From: Betaproteobacteria bacterium
GTDB lineage: Bacteria; Pseudomonadota; Gammaproteobacteria; Burkholderiales; SG8-39
Direction of reading: 5' to 3'
NCBI GenBank assembly: GCA_052387375.1
Contig: JBQTJF010000261.1
Location: forward strand, 1-41,685
DNA length: 41,685 bases
A model generated the notes under the pieces. The model was not told where the DNA came from. It did not search any database and saw only the letters and a program-made list of their open reading frames with translations. Shown piece after piece: positions 1 to 8,801 of this stretch (the stretch's first letter is position 1; every line of letters starts with the position of its first letter). The translations under genes and the position numbers were made by a program.

Positions 1-66
1 TGGACGCTCGCCGAGGAGCGCGAGGCGCTGCGGCTCCTCTATGGCGCTCGCGCCGCCGGCCTCTAG
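1..66 (+). CDS. 3' end of an upstream gene (partial, WTLAEEREALRLLYGARAAGL*)
   Basis: Open frame from the window edge to TAG at 64-66, 1 bp before the ATG at 68. Confidence 0.5.
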   Translation, partial: WTLAEEREALRLLYGARAAGL

Positions 67-67
67 C

Positions 68-1333
68 ATGAAATCGTTCGACACCCTGTCCTTCTGGAGC
101 GAAGCCGATTTCCGGGGCGGCATGCAGTGGTATCGCGCGGTTGCGGCGAACCGCTGGCCGGCCAAGTTCCGCCTCTGCGCCGGCCTGCCGGCGGGCATTG
201 CGCTCGATGCGCCGGAAGACGAGCTCTGGGGCGCGCTCGACGCGGCGACGCCGGTCTTCCTTTCGCTGCAGCAGGACATCCGTGCCGGCGCGGCGACCCC
301 GCCGCGGGTGATGCCGCGGCCGAGCCTGCTCGAGCTCGTCGCCGAGCTCGCCGGGCGCATGCTCGCGCACTGCAACTTCTGCCGCTGGGACTGCCGCGTC
401 GACCGCACCGGAGGAGGAACTGCGGCCGCCAGGCTCGGCGCCTGCAAGCTCGCCGCCGGCACGCGCGTGTCTTCGCACTTCCACCATCGCGGCGAGGAGC
501 TCGTCTACCGCGGCACGCAGGGCTCGGGCACGATCTTCTTCACCTCGTGCAACATGCGCTGCGCGTTCTGCCAGAACGGCGACATCTCCACCGATCGCCT
601 GAACGGCGAAGAGGTCTCGGCGCGCACGCTCGCCACGATGGCCTGGCTGCTCAGGGTCGAAGGCTGCCACAACATCAACTGGGTGGGCGGCGACCCCACC
701 ATTCACCTGCATACGATTCTCTCGGCAATCGCGCTGCTGCCCGAGCTCAGCCCGACGCGCGAGGACCTCGCGGCCGTGCTGCCGACGAAAGCGGACTGGT
801 TCGCCGCCTTTCCGGCGCGGCGCGAGCGCGCCATGCACGAGGGCGCCTTCAACGCGCCGATGCTGTGGAACTCGAACTTCTTCATGACCGGCGAGGCGAT
901 GAAGCTGCTGCGCCTCACCATGGACGTGTGGCTGCCTGACTTCAAGTTCGGACCCGGGCGCTGCGCCATCGAGCTGGCGCGCACCGGCTGGTACTGGGAG
1001 ACGGTGACCGGCAACCTGCGGCTGCTTGCCGAGTGGGGCGAGGACTTCACCATCCGCCACCTCGTCATGCCGGGCCACGTCGAGTGCTGCACCGTGCCCG
1101 TGCTCGACTGGATCGCCGCGCACATGCCGCAGGCGCCGGTGAACATCATGGACCAGTACCACCCGGACAACTACTGCGACCCGGGCAACGAGAAGTTCAT
1201 GGAGCGCTACCGGCCGCTCGCGCGGGCGCCGCGGCGCGCCGTGATCGTCGGCGCGTACCGCCACGCGCGCGAGCTCGGCCTGCGCTTCGAGTCCCTCTCC
1301 TACGAGCGCAACAAGACCGGCGTTACGCTCTAG
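68..1333 (+). CDS. PflX-like radical SAM protein (PFL-activating-enzyme-like)
   Basis: CNMRCAFC radical SAM motif, N-terminal CxxCxxxC, GSGTIFFT, IRHLVMPGH..CC, VNIMDQYHP; start at 41 or 68. Confidence 0.85.
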   Translation: MKSFDTLSFWSEADFRGGMQWYRAVAANRWPAKFRLCAGLPAGIALDAPEDELWGALDAATPVFLSLQQDIRAGAATPPRVMPRPSLLELVAELAGRMLAHCNFCRWDCRVDRTGGGTAAARLGACKLAAGTRVSSHFHHRGEELVYRGTQGSGTIFFTSCNMRCAFCQNGDISTDRLNGEEVSARTLATMAWLLRVEGCHNINWVGGDPTIHLHTILSAIALLPELSPTREDLAAVLPTKADWFAAFPARRERAMHEGAFNAPMLWNSNFFMTGEAMKLLRLTMDVWLPDFKFGPGRCAIELARTGWYWETVTGNLRLLAEWGEDFTIRHLVMPGHVECCTVPVLDWIAAHMPQAPVNIMDQYHPDNYCDPGNEKFMERYRPLARAPRRAVIVGAYRHARELGLRFESLSYERNKTGVTL

Positions 1334-1334
1334 T

Positions 1335-1357
1335 AGATCGGGGTCAGACCCCGATCT
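1335..1357. repeat. GGGGTCAGACCCC-core inverted repeat (REP-like or terminator) between convergent genes
   Basis: AGATCGGGGTC-A-GACCCCGATCT with perfect 11-bp arms. Confidence 0.7.
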
Positions 1358-1358
1358 T

Positions 1359-4300
1359 CTACATGCTGCGCCGGTATTGTCCCCCGACCTCGAACAGCGC
1401 GTGCGTGATCTGACCGAGCGAGCAGACGCGCACCGCGTCCATCAGCACGGCGAAGACGTTCTCGTCCTTGATCACCGCCTGGCGCAACCGCTCCAACATT
1501 TCAGGGGATTTGTCCTTGTTCCTGACTTGAAAATCTCTTAGCCGCTTGAGCTGCGACTGCTTCTCCTGCTCGGTGGAGCGGATCAGCTCGAGCTTCTGCG
1601 GGGTCGGGTCGCCGTGGGGATTGCGGAAGGTGTTGACGCCGATGATCGGATAGGCGCCGGAATGCTTCAGATGCTCGTAGTGCATGGATTCTTCCTGGAT
1701 CTTGCCGCGCTGGTAGCCGGTCTCCATGGCGCCGAGCACGCCGCCGCGGCTGGAGATCGCCTCGAACTCCTTCAGCACCACCTCCTCGACCAGGTCGGTG
1801 AGCTCCTCGATCAGGAACGAGCCCTGGTTCGGGTTCTCGTTCTTCGCCACGCCCCATTCCTTGTTGATGATGAGCTGGATCGCCATGGCGCGGCGCACCG
1901 ACTCCTCGGTGGGCGTGGTAATGGCCTCGTCGTAGGCGTTGGTGTGCAGCGAGTTGGTGTTGTCGTAGGTGGAGATGAGCGCCTGCAACGTCGTGCGGAT
2001 GTCGTTGAAGGCGACCTCCTGCGCGTGCAGCGAGCGCCCGGAGGTCTGCGAGTGGAACTTGAGCTTCTGGCTGCGCTCGTTGGCGCCGTAGCGGCGCTGC
2101 ATCGCCACTGCCCAGATGCGCCGCGCCACGCGCCCGAGCACCGCGTACTCCGGGTCCATGCCGTAGGAGAAGAAGAACGACAGGTTGGGCGCGAAGTCGT
2201 CGACCTTCATGCCGCGCGCGAGGTAGGCCTCGACGAAGGTGAAGCCGTTGGCGAGCGTGAAGGCGAGCTGCGAGATCGGGTTCGCCCCGGCTTCGGCGAT
2301 GTGGTAGCCCGAGATCGACACCGAGTAGAAGTTGCGCACCTCGTTGTCGATGAAGTACTGCTGGATGTCGCCCATCACCTTGAGCGAGAACTCGGTGGAG
2401 AAGATGCAGGTGTTCTGCCCCTGGTCTTCCTTCAGGATGTCGGCCTGCACGGTGCCCCGGACGGTCGATAAGGTTTTCGAGGCAATTGCTTTTCTCTCCG
2501 CGTCGCTGGGGGGCCGACCCTTTCCCTGCGTGAACTTCTCCACCTGCTGGTCGATCGCGGTGCTGAAGAACATCGCCAGGATGCTCGGCGCCGGGCCGTT
2601 GATGGTCATCGACACCGAGGTCGCCGGGTCGCAGAGGTCGAACCCCGAGTAGAGCACCTTCATGTCGTCGAGCGTGGCGATGGAGACGCCGGAGTTGCCG
2701 ACCTTGCCGTAGATGTCGGGCCGCTCGTCGGGGTCGAAGCCGTACAGCGTCACCGAGTCGAAGGCCGTCGACAGGCGCTTCGCCGGCGTGTCCTTCGAGA
2801 GCAGGTGGAAGCGGCGGTTGGTGCGGAAGGGGTCGCCCTCGCCCGCGAACATGCGCGTCGGGTCCTCGTTCTCGCGCTTGAAGTGGAATACGCCCGCGGT
2901 ATACGGGAACTCGCCCGGCAGGTTCTCGCGCATGCGCCAGCGCAGGAGCTCGCCGTGGTCCTCGAAGCGCGGCAGCGCCACTTTCGGCACCTTGGTGCCC
3001 GAGAGCGAGGTATTGGTGAGGCGCGTCCGCAGCTCCTTGCCGCGCACCCTCACCACCTGCTCGTCGCCGGAATACGCCTTGACGGTCTTGGGCCAGCCGT
3101 CGAGCAGCTTCTGCGCCTCCTTGTCCAGGACTTTGCTCTCCAGGAGCGCGTCGAGCTCCGGCAGGTCCTTTCCCAGCATCGCCTGCGTTGCCGACAACTG
3201 CTGCCGTTCGCGCGCCAGGGTCGATTGCCTTCTCGAGAACTCGTGATAGTCGCGCACGCACTCCGCGATCTCGGCGAGGTAGCGCTGGCGCTGCGCCGGC
3301 ACGACGACGTGGATGGCCGAGGAGACCTTCGACGCCGGCCTGGGCAGCTTGCCGGGCCGCAGCCCGAGGCCCCTCTCCGCGAGCTTGGCGGCGATCGCGT
3401 GGTAGAGCGCCGTGACGCCGTCGTCGTTGAAGCGCGCGGCGATGGTGCCGAACACCGGCATCGCCGCCGGCGCCTCGCCGAACCGCTCGCGGTTCCTCTG
3501 CACCTGCTTGCGCACGTCGCGCAGCGCGTCCTCGGCGCCCTTGCGGTCGAACTTGTTGATGGCGACGAAGTCGGCGAAGTCGAGCATGTCGATCTTCTCG
3601 AGCTGGCTCGCGGCGCCGAACTCCGGCGTCATGACGTAGAGCGAGGCGTCGGCGAGGGGCACGATGGCGGCGTCGCCCTGGCCGATGCCGGCCGTCTCGA
3701 CGATGACGAGGCCGTAGCCCGCGGCCTTGCAGGCGGCGATCGCGCCGCCGATCGCCGCGGAGAGCTCCTTGCCCGCCTCGCGGGTCGCGAGCGAGCGCAT
3801 GAACACGTTCGGCCCGTGGATGGCGTTCATGCGGATGCGGTCGCCGAGCAGCGCGCCGCCGGTCTTGCGCCGCGTCGGGTCGACCGAGAGCACGGCGATC
3901 TTGAGCCGCTCGCCCTGGTCCAGGCGCCAGCGGCGCACCAGCTCGTCGGTGAGCGAGCTCTTGCCGGCGCCGCCAGTGCCCGTGACGCCGAGCACAGGCG
4001 CACTTCCGCTTTGCAGCTGTCCCCTGAATGTTCCCTTTTCCATGGCGGTGATGACCTGGGCCAGCGAGCGAGGATTGCCCGGCGCGAGCGCCTTGGGCGC
4101 GTACGGCGCGAGGTCGAAGTCGCAGCGCGCCAGCATGTCGTTGATCATGCCCTGCAGGCCCATGCGCTGGCCGTCCTCGGGCGAGTAGATGCGCGCCACG
4201 CCGTGGTCCTGCAGCGCCTTGATCTCGGCGGGCACGATGACGCCGCCGCCGCCGCCGAAGACCTGGATGTGCGCGCCGCCCCGCTCGCGCAGCAGGTCGA

Positions 4301-4565
4301 CCATGTACTTGAAGAACTCGATGTGCCCGCCCTGGTAGGAGGACACGGCGATGCCCTGCACGTCCTCCTGCAGCGCCGCGGCGACGATCTCCTCGACCGA
4401 GCGGTTGTGGCCGAGGTGGATGACCTCCGCGCCGGAGGCCTGCAGGATGCGCCGCATGATGTTGATCGACGCGTCGTGGCCGTCGAACAGGCTCGCCGCG
4501 GTGACCAAGCGGATCTTGTACTTCGCCTTGTAGAGGAGCTTCTTCGAGTCCGAGAGGTCGGTCAT
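1359..4565 (-). CDS. icmF: Fused isobutyryl-CoA mutase / G-protein chaperone IcmF
   Basis: N-terminal B12-binding domain ([15 protein letters not shown]), MeaB-like GTPase ([12 protein letters not shown]), C-terminal mutase barrel; 1068 aa. Confidence 0.95.
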   Translation of the reverse strand: MTDLSDSKKLLYKAKYKIRLVTAASLFDGHDASINIMRRILQASGAEVIHLGHNRSVEEIVAAALQEDVQGIAVSSYQGGHIEFFKYMVDLLRERGGAHIQVFGGGGGVIVPAEIKALQDHGVARIYSPEDGQRMGLQGMINDMLARCDFDLAPYAPKALAPGNPRSLAQVITAMEKGTFRGQLQSGSAPVLGVTGTGGAGKSSLTDELVRRWRLDQGERLKIAVLSVDPTRRKTGGALLGDRIRMNAIHGPNVFMRSLATREAGKELSAAIGGAIAACKAAGYGLVIVETAGIGQGDAAIVPLADASLYVMTPEFGAASQLEKIDMLDFADFVAINKFDRKGAEDALRDVRKQVQRNRERFGEAPAAMPVFGTIAARFNDDGVTALYHAIAAKLAERGLGLRPGKLPRPASKVSSAIHVVVPAQRQRYLAEIAECVRDYHEFSRRQSTLARERQQLSATQAMLGKDLPELDALLESKVLDKEAQKLLDGWPKTVKAYSGDEQVVRVRGKELRTRLTNTSLSGTKVPKVALPRFEDHGELLRWRMRENLPGEFPYTAGVFHFKRENEDPTRMFAGEGDPFRTNRRFHLLSKDTPAKRLSTAFDSVTLYGFDPDERPDIYGKVGNSGVSIATLDDMKVLYSGFDLCDPATSVSMTINGPAPSILAMFFSTAIDQQVEKFTQGKGRPPSDAERKAIASKTLSTVRGTVQADILKEDQGQNTCIFSTEFSLKVMGDIQQYFIDNEVRNFYSVSISGYHIAEAGANPISQLAFTLANGFTFVEAYLARGMKVDDFAPNLSFFFSYGMDPEYAVLGRVARRIWAVAMQRRYGANERSQKLKFHSQTSGRSLHAQEVAFNDIRTTLQALISTYDNTNSLHTNAYDEAITTPTEESVRRAMAIQLIINKEWGVAKNENPNQGSFLIEELTDLVEEVVLKEFEAISSRGGVLGAMETGYQRGKIQEESMHYEHLKHSGAYPIIGVNTFRNPHGDPTPQKLELIRSTEQEKQSQLKRLRDFQVRNKDKSPEMLERLRQAVIKDENVFAVLMDAVRVCSLGQITHALFEVGGQYRRSM

Positions 4566-4584
4566 GCCAGCCCCGCTAGGCTAG

Positions 4585-4606
4585 TTGACGTTTACGTAAA
4601 CGTCAA
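4585..4606. promoter_or_regulatory. LiuR-type operator palindrome upstream of icmF
   Basis: Perfect 22-bp palindrome TTGACGTTTACGTAAACGTCAA, resembling the LiuR (MerR family) ACGTwwACGT motif of branched-chain amino acid catabolism genes. Confidence 0.75.
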
Positions 4607-5373
4607 TCTCGGTAGGACGGGTCCTTGGCGTCGGCGAGCCGCTGCAAGGCGGCGAAGACGTCGTCGCAGGTGCGCTTCTCCGCCGGCCCGCCCTCGCGCA
4701 CGGTCTGCGGGAACACTTCCGGCCGGATCGGATGGATGGCGCCGGCGGCGGCGGCCGCGATCTGCACGTCGCAGGCGCGCTGCAGCGTCCAGAGCATGAG
4801 GAAGGCCTGGGGCACGCTCGGCCCCCAGGCGAGCAGGCCGTGGTTCCTCAGGATCACCGCCTGCCTGGCGCCGATGCTCTTCACCAGCCGCTCTTTCTCG
4901 CCCGGCTCGACGGTGATGCCCTCGAACTCGTGGTAGGCGACCTGCCCGTGCAGCATGGCGCCGTAGAAGTTGTGCGGCGAGAGCCCGTCCTTCAGGCACG
5001 CCACCGCCAGGCCGGTGGTGGTGTGCGTGTGCATGACGCAGTGCGCGTCCTCGATGGCCCCATGGATCGCCGAGTGGATGACGAAGCCGGCGCGGTTCAC
5101 CGGCCACTCGGTCTTGCGCACCGGATTGCCCTCGATGTCGATCAGCACCAGGCTCGAGGCGGTGATCTCGCGGTAGTGCAGCCCGAAGGGATTGATGAGG
5201 AACCGCACCTCCGGTCCGGGCACGCGCACCGTGATGTGGTTGAAGATCATCTCGGTCCAGCCCAGCATGTCGAAGATGCGGTAAGCGGCCGCGAGCTCGA
5301 CCCGTGCGGCGCGCTCGGCTTCGGTGAGCGGCGCTTCGCTTGCGCGCGCCGCGCTCTGCATGTAGATGGTCAT
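4603..5373 (-). CDS. Class II aldolase/adducin family protein
   Basis: NHITVRVPG, FLINPFG, GFVIHSAIH, CVMHTHT, LRNHGLL. Confidence 0.9.
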   Translation of the reverse strand: MTIYMQSAARASEAPLTEAERAARVELAAAYRIFDMLGWTEMIFNHITVRVPGPEVRFLINPFGLHYREITASSLVLIDIEGNPVRKTEWPVNRAGFVIHSAIHGAIEDAHCVMHTHTTTGLAVACLKDGLSPHNFYGAMLHGQVAYHEFEGITVEPGEKERLVKSIGARQAVILRNHGLLAWGPSVPQAFLMLWTLQRACDVQIAAAAAGAIHPIRPEVFPQTVREGGPAEKRTCDDVFAALQRLADAKDPSYRD

Positions 5374-5390
5374 GAATTAGAGTTTACTCC

Positions 5391-6428
5391 GTGAAACGCG
5401 CCATCGGCTTCGCGCTTGCCGCGGCTGCGCTCTTCGGCGCCGCGACGCCGCTCGCCAAGCTGCTGCTGGGCGAAACCTCGCCTCTGATGCTCGCCGGCCT
5501 GCTCTATCTGGGCAGCGGCATCGGCCTGGGCGCGTGGCTGGCGCTGCGGCCGCGCCGCGAGCCGGTTTCCCCGCTGCAGCGCGCGGACTGGCCATGGCTT
5601 GCCGGGGCCATCGCGGCGGGCGGCGTGCTCGGCCCTGCGGCGCTGATGCTCGGGCTGGCGCGGACCGACGCGGCGGCGGCCTCCCTGCTCCTCAACCTCG
5701 AGGCGGTGCTCACCGCCGCCCTCGCCTGGATCGTGTTCCGGGAGAACGTCGACCGGCGGGTACTCGCCGGCATGGTGGCGATCGTCGCCGGCGGCGCGCT
5801 GCTGTCCTGGGACGCGGCGCCACGCGGCAGCGGGCTCGCCGGGCCGCTGCTCATCGCCGCCGCCTGCCTTGCCTGGGCGCTCGACAACAACCTCACGCGC
5901 AAGGTGTCGGCCGGCGACGCGGCGACCATCGCCTGCCTCAAGGGACTGGTTGCCGGCAGCGTCAATCTGGGGCTCGCGCTGGCCGCCGGCGCTTCGCTGC
6001 CTTCGCTCGCGGTGCTCGGCGCCGCCGCCGCCATCGGCTTCGCCGGCTACGGCGTCAGCCTCGCCCTCTTCATCGTCGCGCTACGCCATCTCGGCACGGC
6101 GCGCACCGCCGCTTATTTCTCGGTGGCGCCGTTCTTCGGCGCCGCGCTCGCGCTGCTCGTCCTGGGCGAGCACACCTCGACGGCCTTCTGGATCGCGGCG
6201 TCGCTGCTGGCGGCGGGCGTGTGGCTGCACATCACCGAGCGTCACGAGCACCAGCACATGCACGAGCCGCTGGAGCACACGCACGAGCACGTGCACGACG
6301 CGCACCACCGCCACGAGCACGAGCCCGGCTGGGACGGGCGCGAGCCGCACGTGCATCGGCACCGCCACGGGCGCCTGGTGCACAGCCATCCGCACTATCC
6401 CGACCTTCACCACCGGCACCGGCACTAG
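5391..6428 (+). CDS. EamA/DMT transporter with a His-rich C-terminal tail
   Basis: ~10 hydrophobic segments, LLYLGSG, DNNLTR, tail HEHQHMHEPLEHTHEHVHDAHH...HPHYPDLHHRHRH. Confidence 0.9.
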   Translation: MKRAIGFALAAAALFGAATPLAKLLLGETSPLMLAGLLYLGSGIGLGAWLALRPRREPVSPLQRADWPWLAGAIAAGGVLGPAALMLGLARTDAAAASLLLNLEAVLTAALAWIVFRENVDRRVLAGMVAIVAGGALLSWDAAPRGSGLAGPLLIAAACLAWALDNNLTRKVSAGDAATIACLKGLVAGSVNLGLALAAGASLPSLAVLGAAAAIGFAGYGVSLALFIVALRHLGTARTAAYFSVAPFFGAALALLVLGEHTSTAFWIAASLLAAGVWLHITERHEHQHMHEPLEHTHEHVHDAHHRHEHEPGWDGREPHVHRHRHGRLVHSHPHYPDLHHRHRH

Positions 6429-6476
6429 GAGCACGTCGATGAGCGGCGGCGGGATGCGGTGCTCGAGCCATGTCAC
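6426..6476 (-). pseudogene. N-terminal stub resembling an ICMT/PEMT-family methyltransferase
   Basis: GTG overlaps the arsR stop; VTWLEHRIPPPLI resembles the 'LE.KIPPP' N-terminus of this family; the frame then runs into the convergent gene. Confidence 0.4.
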
Positions 6477-7132
6477 GGCTGCTCGATGGGAAGCCCCGCC
6501 AGCCGCCACTCGGGAAGACCGGCCTGCAGCCGGCGCGCCTTGAGGCCTTTCTTGCGCAGCAGGGCAACCGCGTCGTAGGACATGAGGCAGTAAGGCCCGC
6601 GGCAGTAGGCGACGATCTCCTTGCGCCTGGGCAGCTCCTTCAGGCGCTTTTCCAGCTCGTGCACGGGAATGTTCACCGCGCCGGGCAGATGCCCCGCGGC
6701 GTACTCCTCGGGCGGGCGTACGTCGAGCACCGTCACCAGGCCCTTGCGCGCCCGCGCCAGCAGCTCCTTGCCGGGCACGGGCTCGAGCTCGTCCTTCTGC
6801 GCGAAGTAGAGGCGCACCACGCGCTCCACCTCCGCCAGGTGGGCCTCGCCGGCGCGGCCGAGCGCCGAGAGCAGCGCCACCACCTCCCCGCCGGCCAGGC
6901 GGTAGAAGACGTACAGGCCCTCCCTGCGCCCGGCGACCAGGCCCGCCTGGCGCAGCTTCTGCAGGTGCTGCGAGGTATTCGCGACGCTGACGCCGGTGAG
7001 CCCGGCGAGGCTCTCCACCGTGCGCTCGGACTGCGCCAGCAGCTCGAGGAACTCGATGCGCGTCGGGCTGGACAGCGCCGTGCCGATGCGGGCGAGGCCG
7101 GCGAACACCTCGCGCTTGGGGTTGCTTGACAT
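6473..7132 (-). CDS. ArsR/SmtB-rhodanese fusion regulator
   Basis: ArsR HTH (VANTSQHLQKLRQAGLV) plus rhodanese domain (DVRPPEEYAAGHLPGA, YCRGPYC); GGAGGA RBS before ATG 7132. Confidence 0.9.
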   Translation of the reverse strand: MSSNPKREVFAGLARIGTALSSPTRIEFLELLAQSERTVESLAGLTGVSVANTSQHLQKLRQAGLVAGRREGLYVFYRLAGGEVVALLSALGRAGEAHLAEVERVVRLYFAQKDELEPVPGKELLARARKGLVTVLDVRPPEEYAAGHLPGAVNIPVHELEKRLKELPRRKEIVAYCRGPYCLMSYDAVALLRKKGLKARRLQAGLPEWRLAGLPIEQP

Positions 7133-7152
7133 CGCCCGGTCCTCCGATCTAG

Positions 7153-7174
7153 TATTCAATCGATTACTTGAATA
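7153..7174. promoter_or_regulatory. Probable ArsR operator in a divergent promoter
   Basis: TATTCAA-N8-TTGAATA inverted repeat in a 56-bp AT-rich gap. Confidence 0.7.
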
Positions 7175-7188
7175 GTAGCCGATGCGCC

Positions 7189-8016
7189 ATGGAAAGTGAA
7201 GCCTGGGTCCGCCTCGCCGCCTTCGCCGCCGTGTTCGGCGCGGTGGCGCTGTGGGAGCTCGCCGCGCCGCGGCGCGGCGCCGCGCTCGGGCGCCGCGCCC
7301 GCTGGCCGCACCACCTCGCGCTGCTCGGCCTCGACGTGGCGCTGGTGCGCCTGCTCGCGCCGGGGGCGGTCGTCGCGGTGGCGCTCGCCGCGCAGAGCGC
7401 CGGTTGGGGCCTCTTCAACGCCGTGGCGCTGCCCGCCTGGGCGGCCTTCCTCGCGGCGATCGTGCTGCTCGATCTCCTCGTCTACTTCCAGCACATCATG
7501 TTCCACGCCGTGCCGACGCTGTGGCGCCTGCACCGCGTGCACCACGCCGATCTCGATTTCGACGTCACCACCGGCGTGCGCTTCCACCCGGTGGAGATCC
7601 TCGTCTCGACGCTGCTCAAGTGCGCCGGCGTGGCGGCGCTCGGCGCCCCGGCGCTCGCCGTGCTCGCCTTCGAGGTGCTGCTCAACGCCACGTCGATGTT
7701 CAACCATGCCAACGCTTCGCTGCCGGCCCGGCTCGAGCGCTGGGCGCGCCTGCTCGTCGTCACGCCGGATATGCATCGCGTCCACCATTCCGTCGTCTAC
7801 GACGAATCCTCGAGCAACTTCGGCTTCAGCCTGCCCTGGTGGGACCGCCTGTTCGGCACCTACCGCGCGCAGCCGCGGGCCGGCCACGACGCCATGACGA
7901 TCGGCGTCGACGCCTTCCGCTCGCCCGCGGACACGCGGCTCGACCAGCTGCTCATCCAGCCGCTGCGCGACACGCCCGGCCAGTACCCCATCAACCGCCG
8001 CCAGCCCGCCGCGTGA
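7189..8016 (+). CDS. Sterol desaturase / fatty acid hydroxylase family protein
   Basis: His boxes HIMFH, HRVHH, FNHAN, HRVHHS; RFHPVE; WDRLFGTY. Confidence 0.9.
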   Translation: MESEAWVRLAAFAAVFGAVALWELAAPRRGAALGRRARWPHHLALLGLDVALVRLLAPGAVVAVALAAQSAGWGLFNAVALPAWAAFLAAIVLLDLLVYFQHIMFHAVPTLWRLHRVHHADLDFDVTTGVRFHPVEILVSTLLKCAGVAALGAPALAVLAFEVLLNATSMFNHANASLPARLERWARLLVVTPDMHRVHHSVVYDESSSNFGFSLPWWDRLFGTYRAQPRAGHDAMTIGVDAFRSPADTRLDQLLIQPLRDTPGQYPINRRQPAA

Positions 8017-8020
8017 TGCG

Positions 8021-8102
8021 CTAGCGGGCAAACAGCCTGCGCGGGCGCTCGCGAGACGGCCACCAGGGCGGCGCTGCCGAGAATGAACTGCCGGCGTTTC
8101 AT
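8021..8102 (-). pseudogene. Collapsed Tat-exported protein gene (possibly CopG/DUF411)
   Basis: GGAGG RBS, then MKRRQFILGSAALVAVSRAPAQA; LFAR* follows in a shifted frame. Confidence 0.45.
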
Positions 8103-8113
8103 GGAAACCTCCG

Positions 8114-8725
8114 CTAACGGGCTTGGCCGCAATACGTGTAGGTGAGCGGCCGCGGGCCCTTCAGGTATTCATGTTCGAGCGCGACGATTTCGAACCCTGC
8201 CGCCGCGATCAGCGTATCGATGCGACGCGTGAGATGGCAGCCGCCGGCGAGCGGCTTCCACAAAGGCTCGATGCGCCGCTGCCAAGCAGCCACCCTGGGA
8301 TCGGGCGCGTGGCCATGCTCGACGAAGAGCAGCGACCCGCCCGGCTTCAGCACGCGTCGCGCTTCGCGCAAGGCCCTCGCCACATCCGGAATCGAGCATA
8401 GCGTCCAGGTGCTCACCACGGTGTCGACCGAGCGGTCGGCAAGCGGGATTTCTTCCGCCGATCCCAGCAGCAGCTCCACCGGCACCGCCGCTCGGGAGAG
8501 CTTCTTGCGCGCCATGCGCACCAGCGACTCGGACGGATCGAGCGTGGTGAGCCGCGAGACCGCGCCGCCGTAGTAAGGCAGGTTGAGGCCCGAGCCGCCG
8601 CCGATCTCGAGCACCCTGCCGGCCGCGGCTGGGATCACCTTGCGGCGATAGCGCTTCACTTCCTTGTTGCGCATCGCCAGGTCGGTGAGCCGGGGTAGGA
8701 TCCAGCGCTCGTAAAAGCCGCTCAT
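8114..8725 (-). CDS. Class I SAM-dependent methyltransferase
   Basis: VLEIGGGSGLN, DTVVSTWTLCSI, LKPGG, GGCHLTR; GGAGG RBS. Confidence 0.9.
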   Translation of the reverse strand: MSGFYERWILPRLTDLAMRNKEVKRYRRKVIPAAAGRVLEIGGGSGLNLPYYGGAVSRLTTLDPSESLVRMARKKLSRAAVPVELLLGSAEEIPLADRSVDTVVSTWTLCSIPDVARALREARRVLKPGGSLLFVEHGHAPDPRVAAWQRRIEPLWKPLAGGCHLTRRIDTLIAAAGFEIVALEHEYLKGPRPLTYTYCGQAR

Positions 8726-8773
8726 GGGGATCCCTCCGCCAGCGGCCATGGCGCGGGCCTGCCGCGAAGCCAA

Positions 8774-8795
8774 AATGCTTCCGATCGGAAGCATT
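8774..8795. repeat. 22-bp perfect palindrome, copy 1
   Basis: AATGCTTCCGATCGGAAGCATT. Confidence 0.95.
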
Positions 8796-8801
8796 GCTGT
8801 C

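Noticed and set aside
6240-6425. CACGAG-type nucleotide repeats
   Set aside because: Fully explained by the His/Glu-rich coding tail.
8726-8794. MLPIGSI start for the methyltransferase
   Set aside because: This ATG is part of the palindrome; ATG 8725 has a GGAGG RBS.
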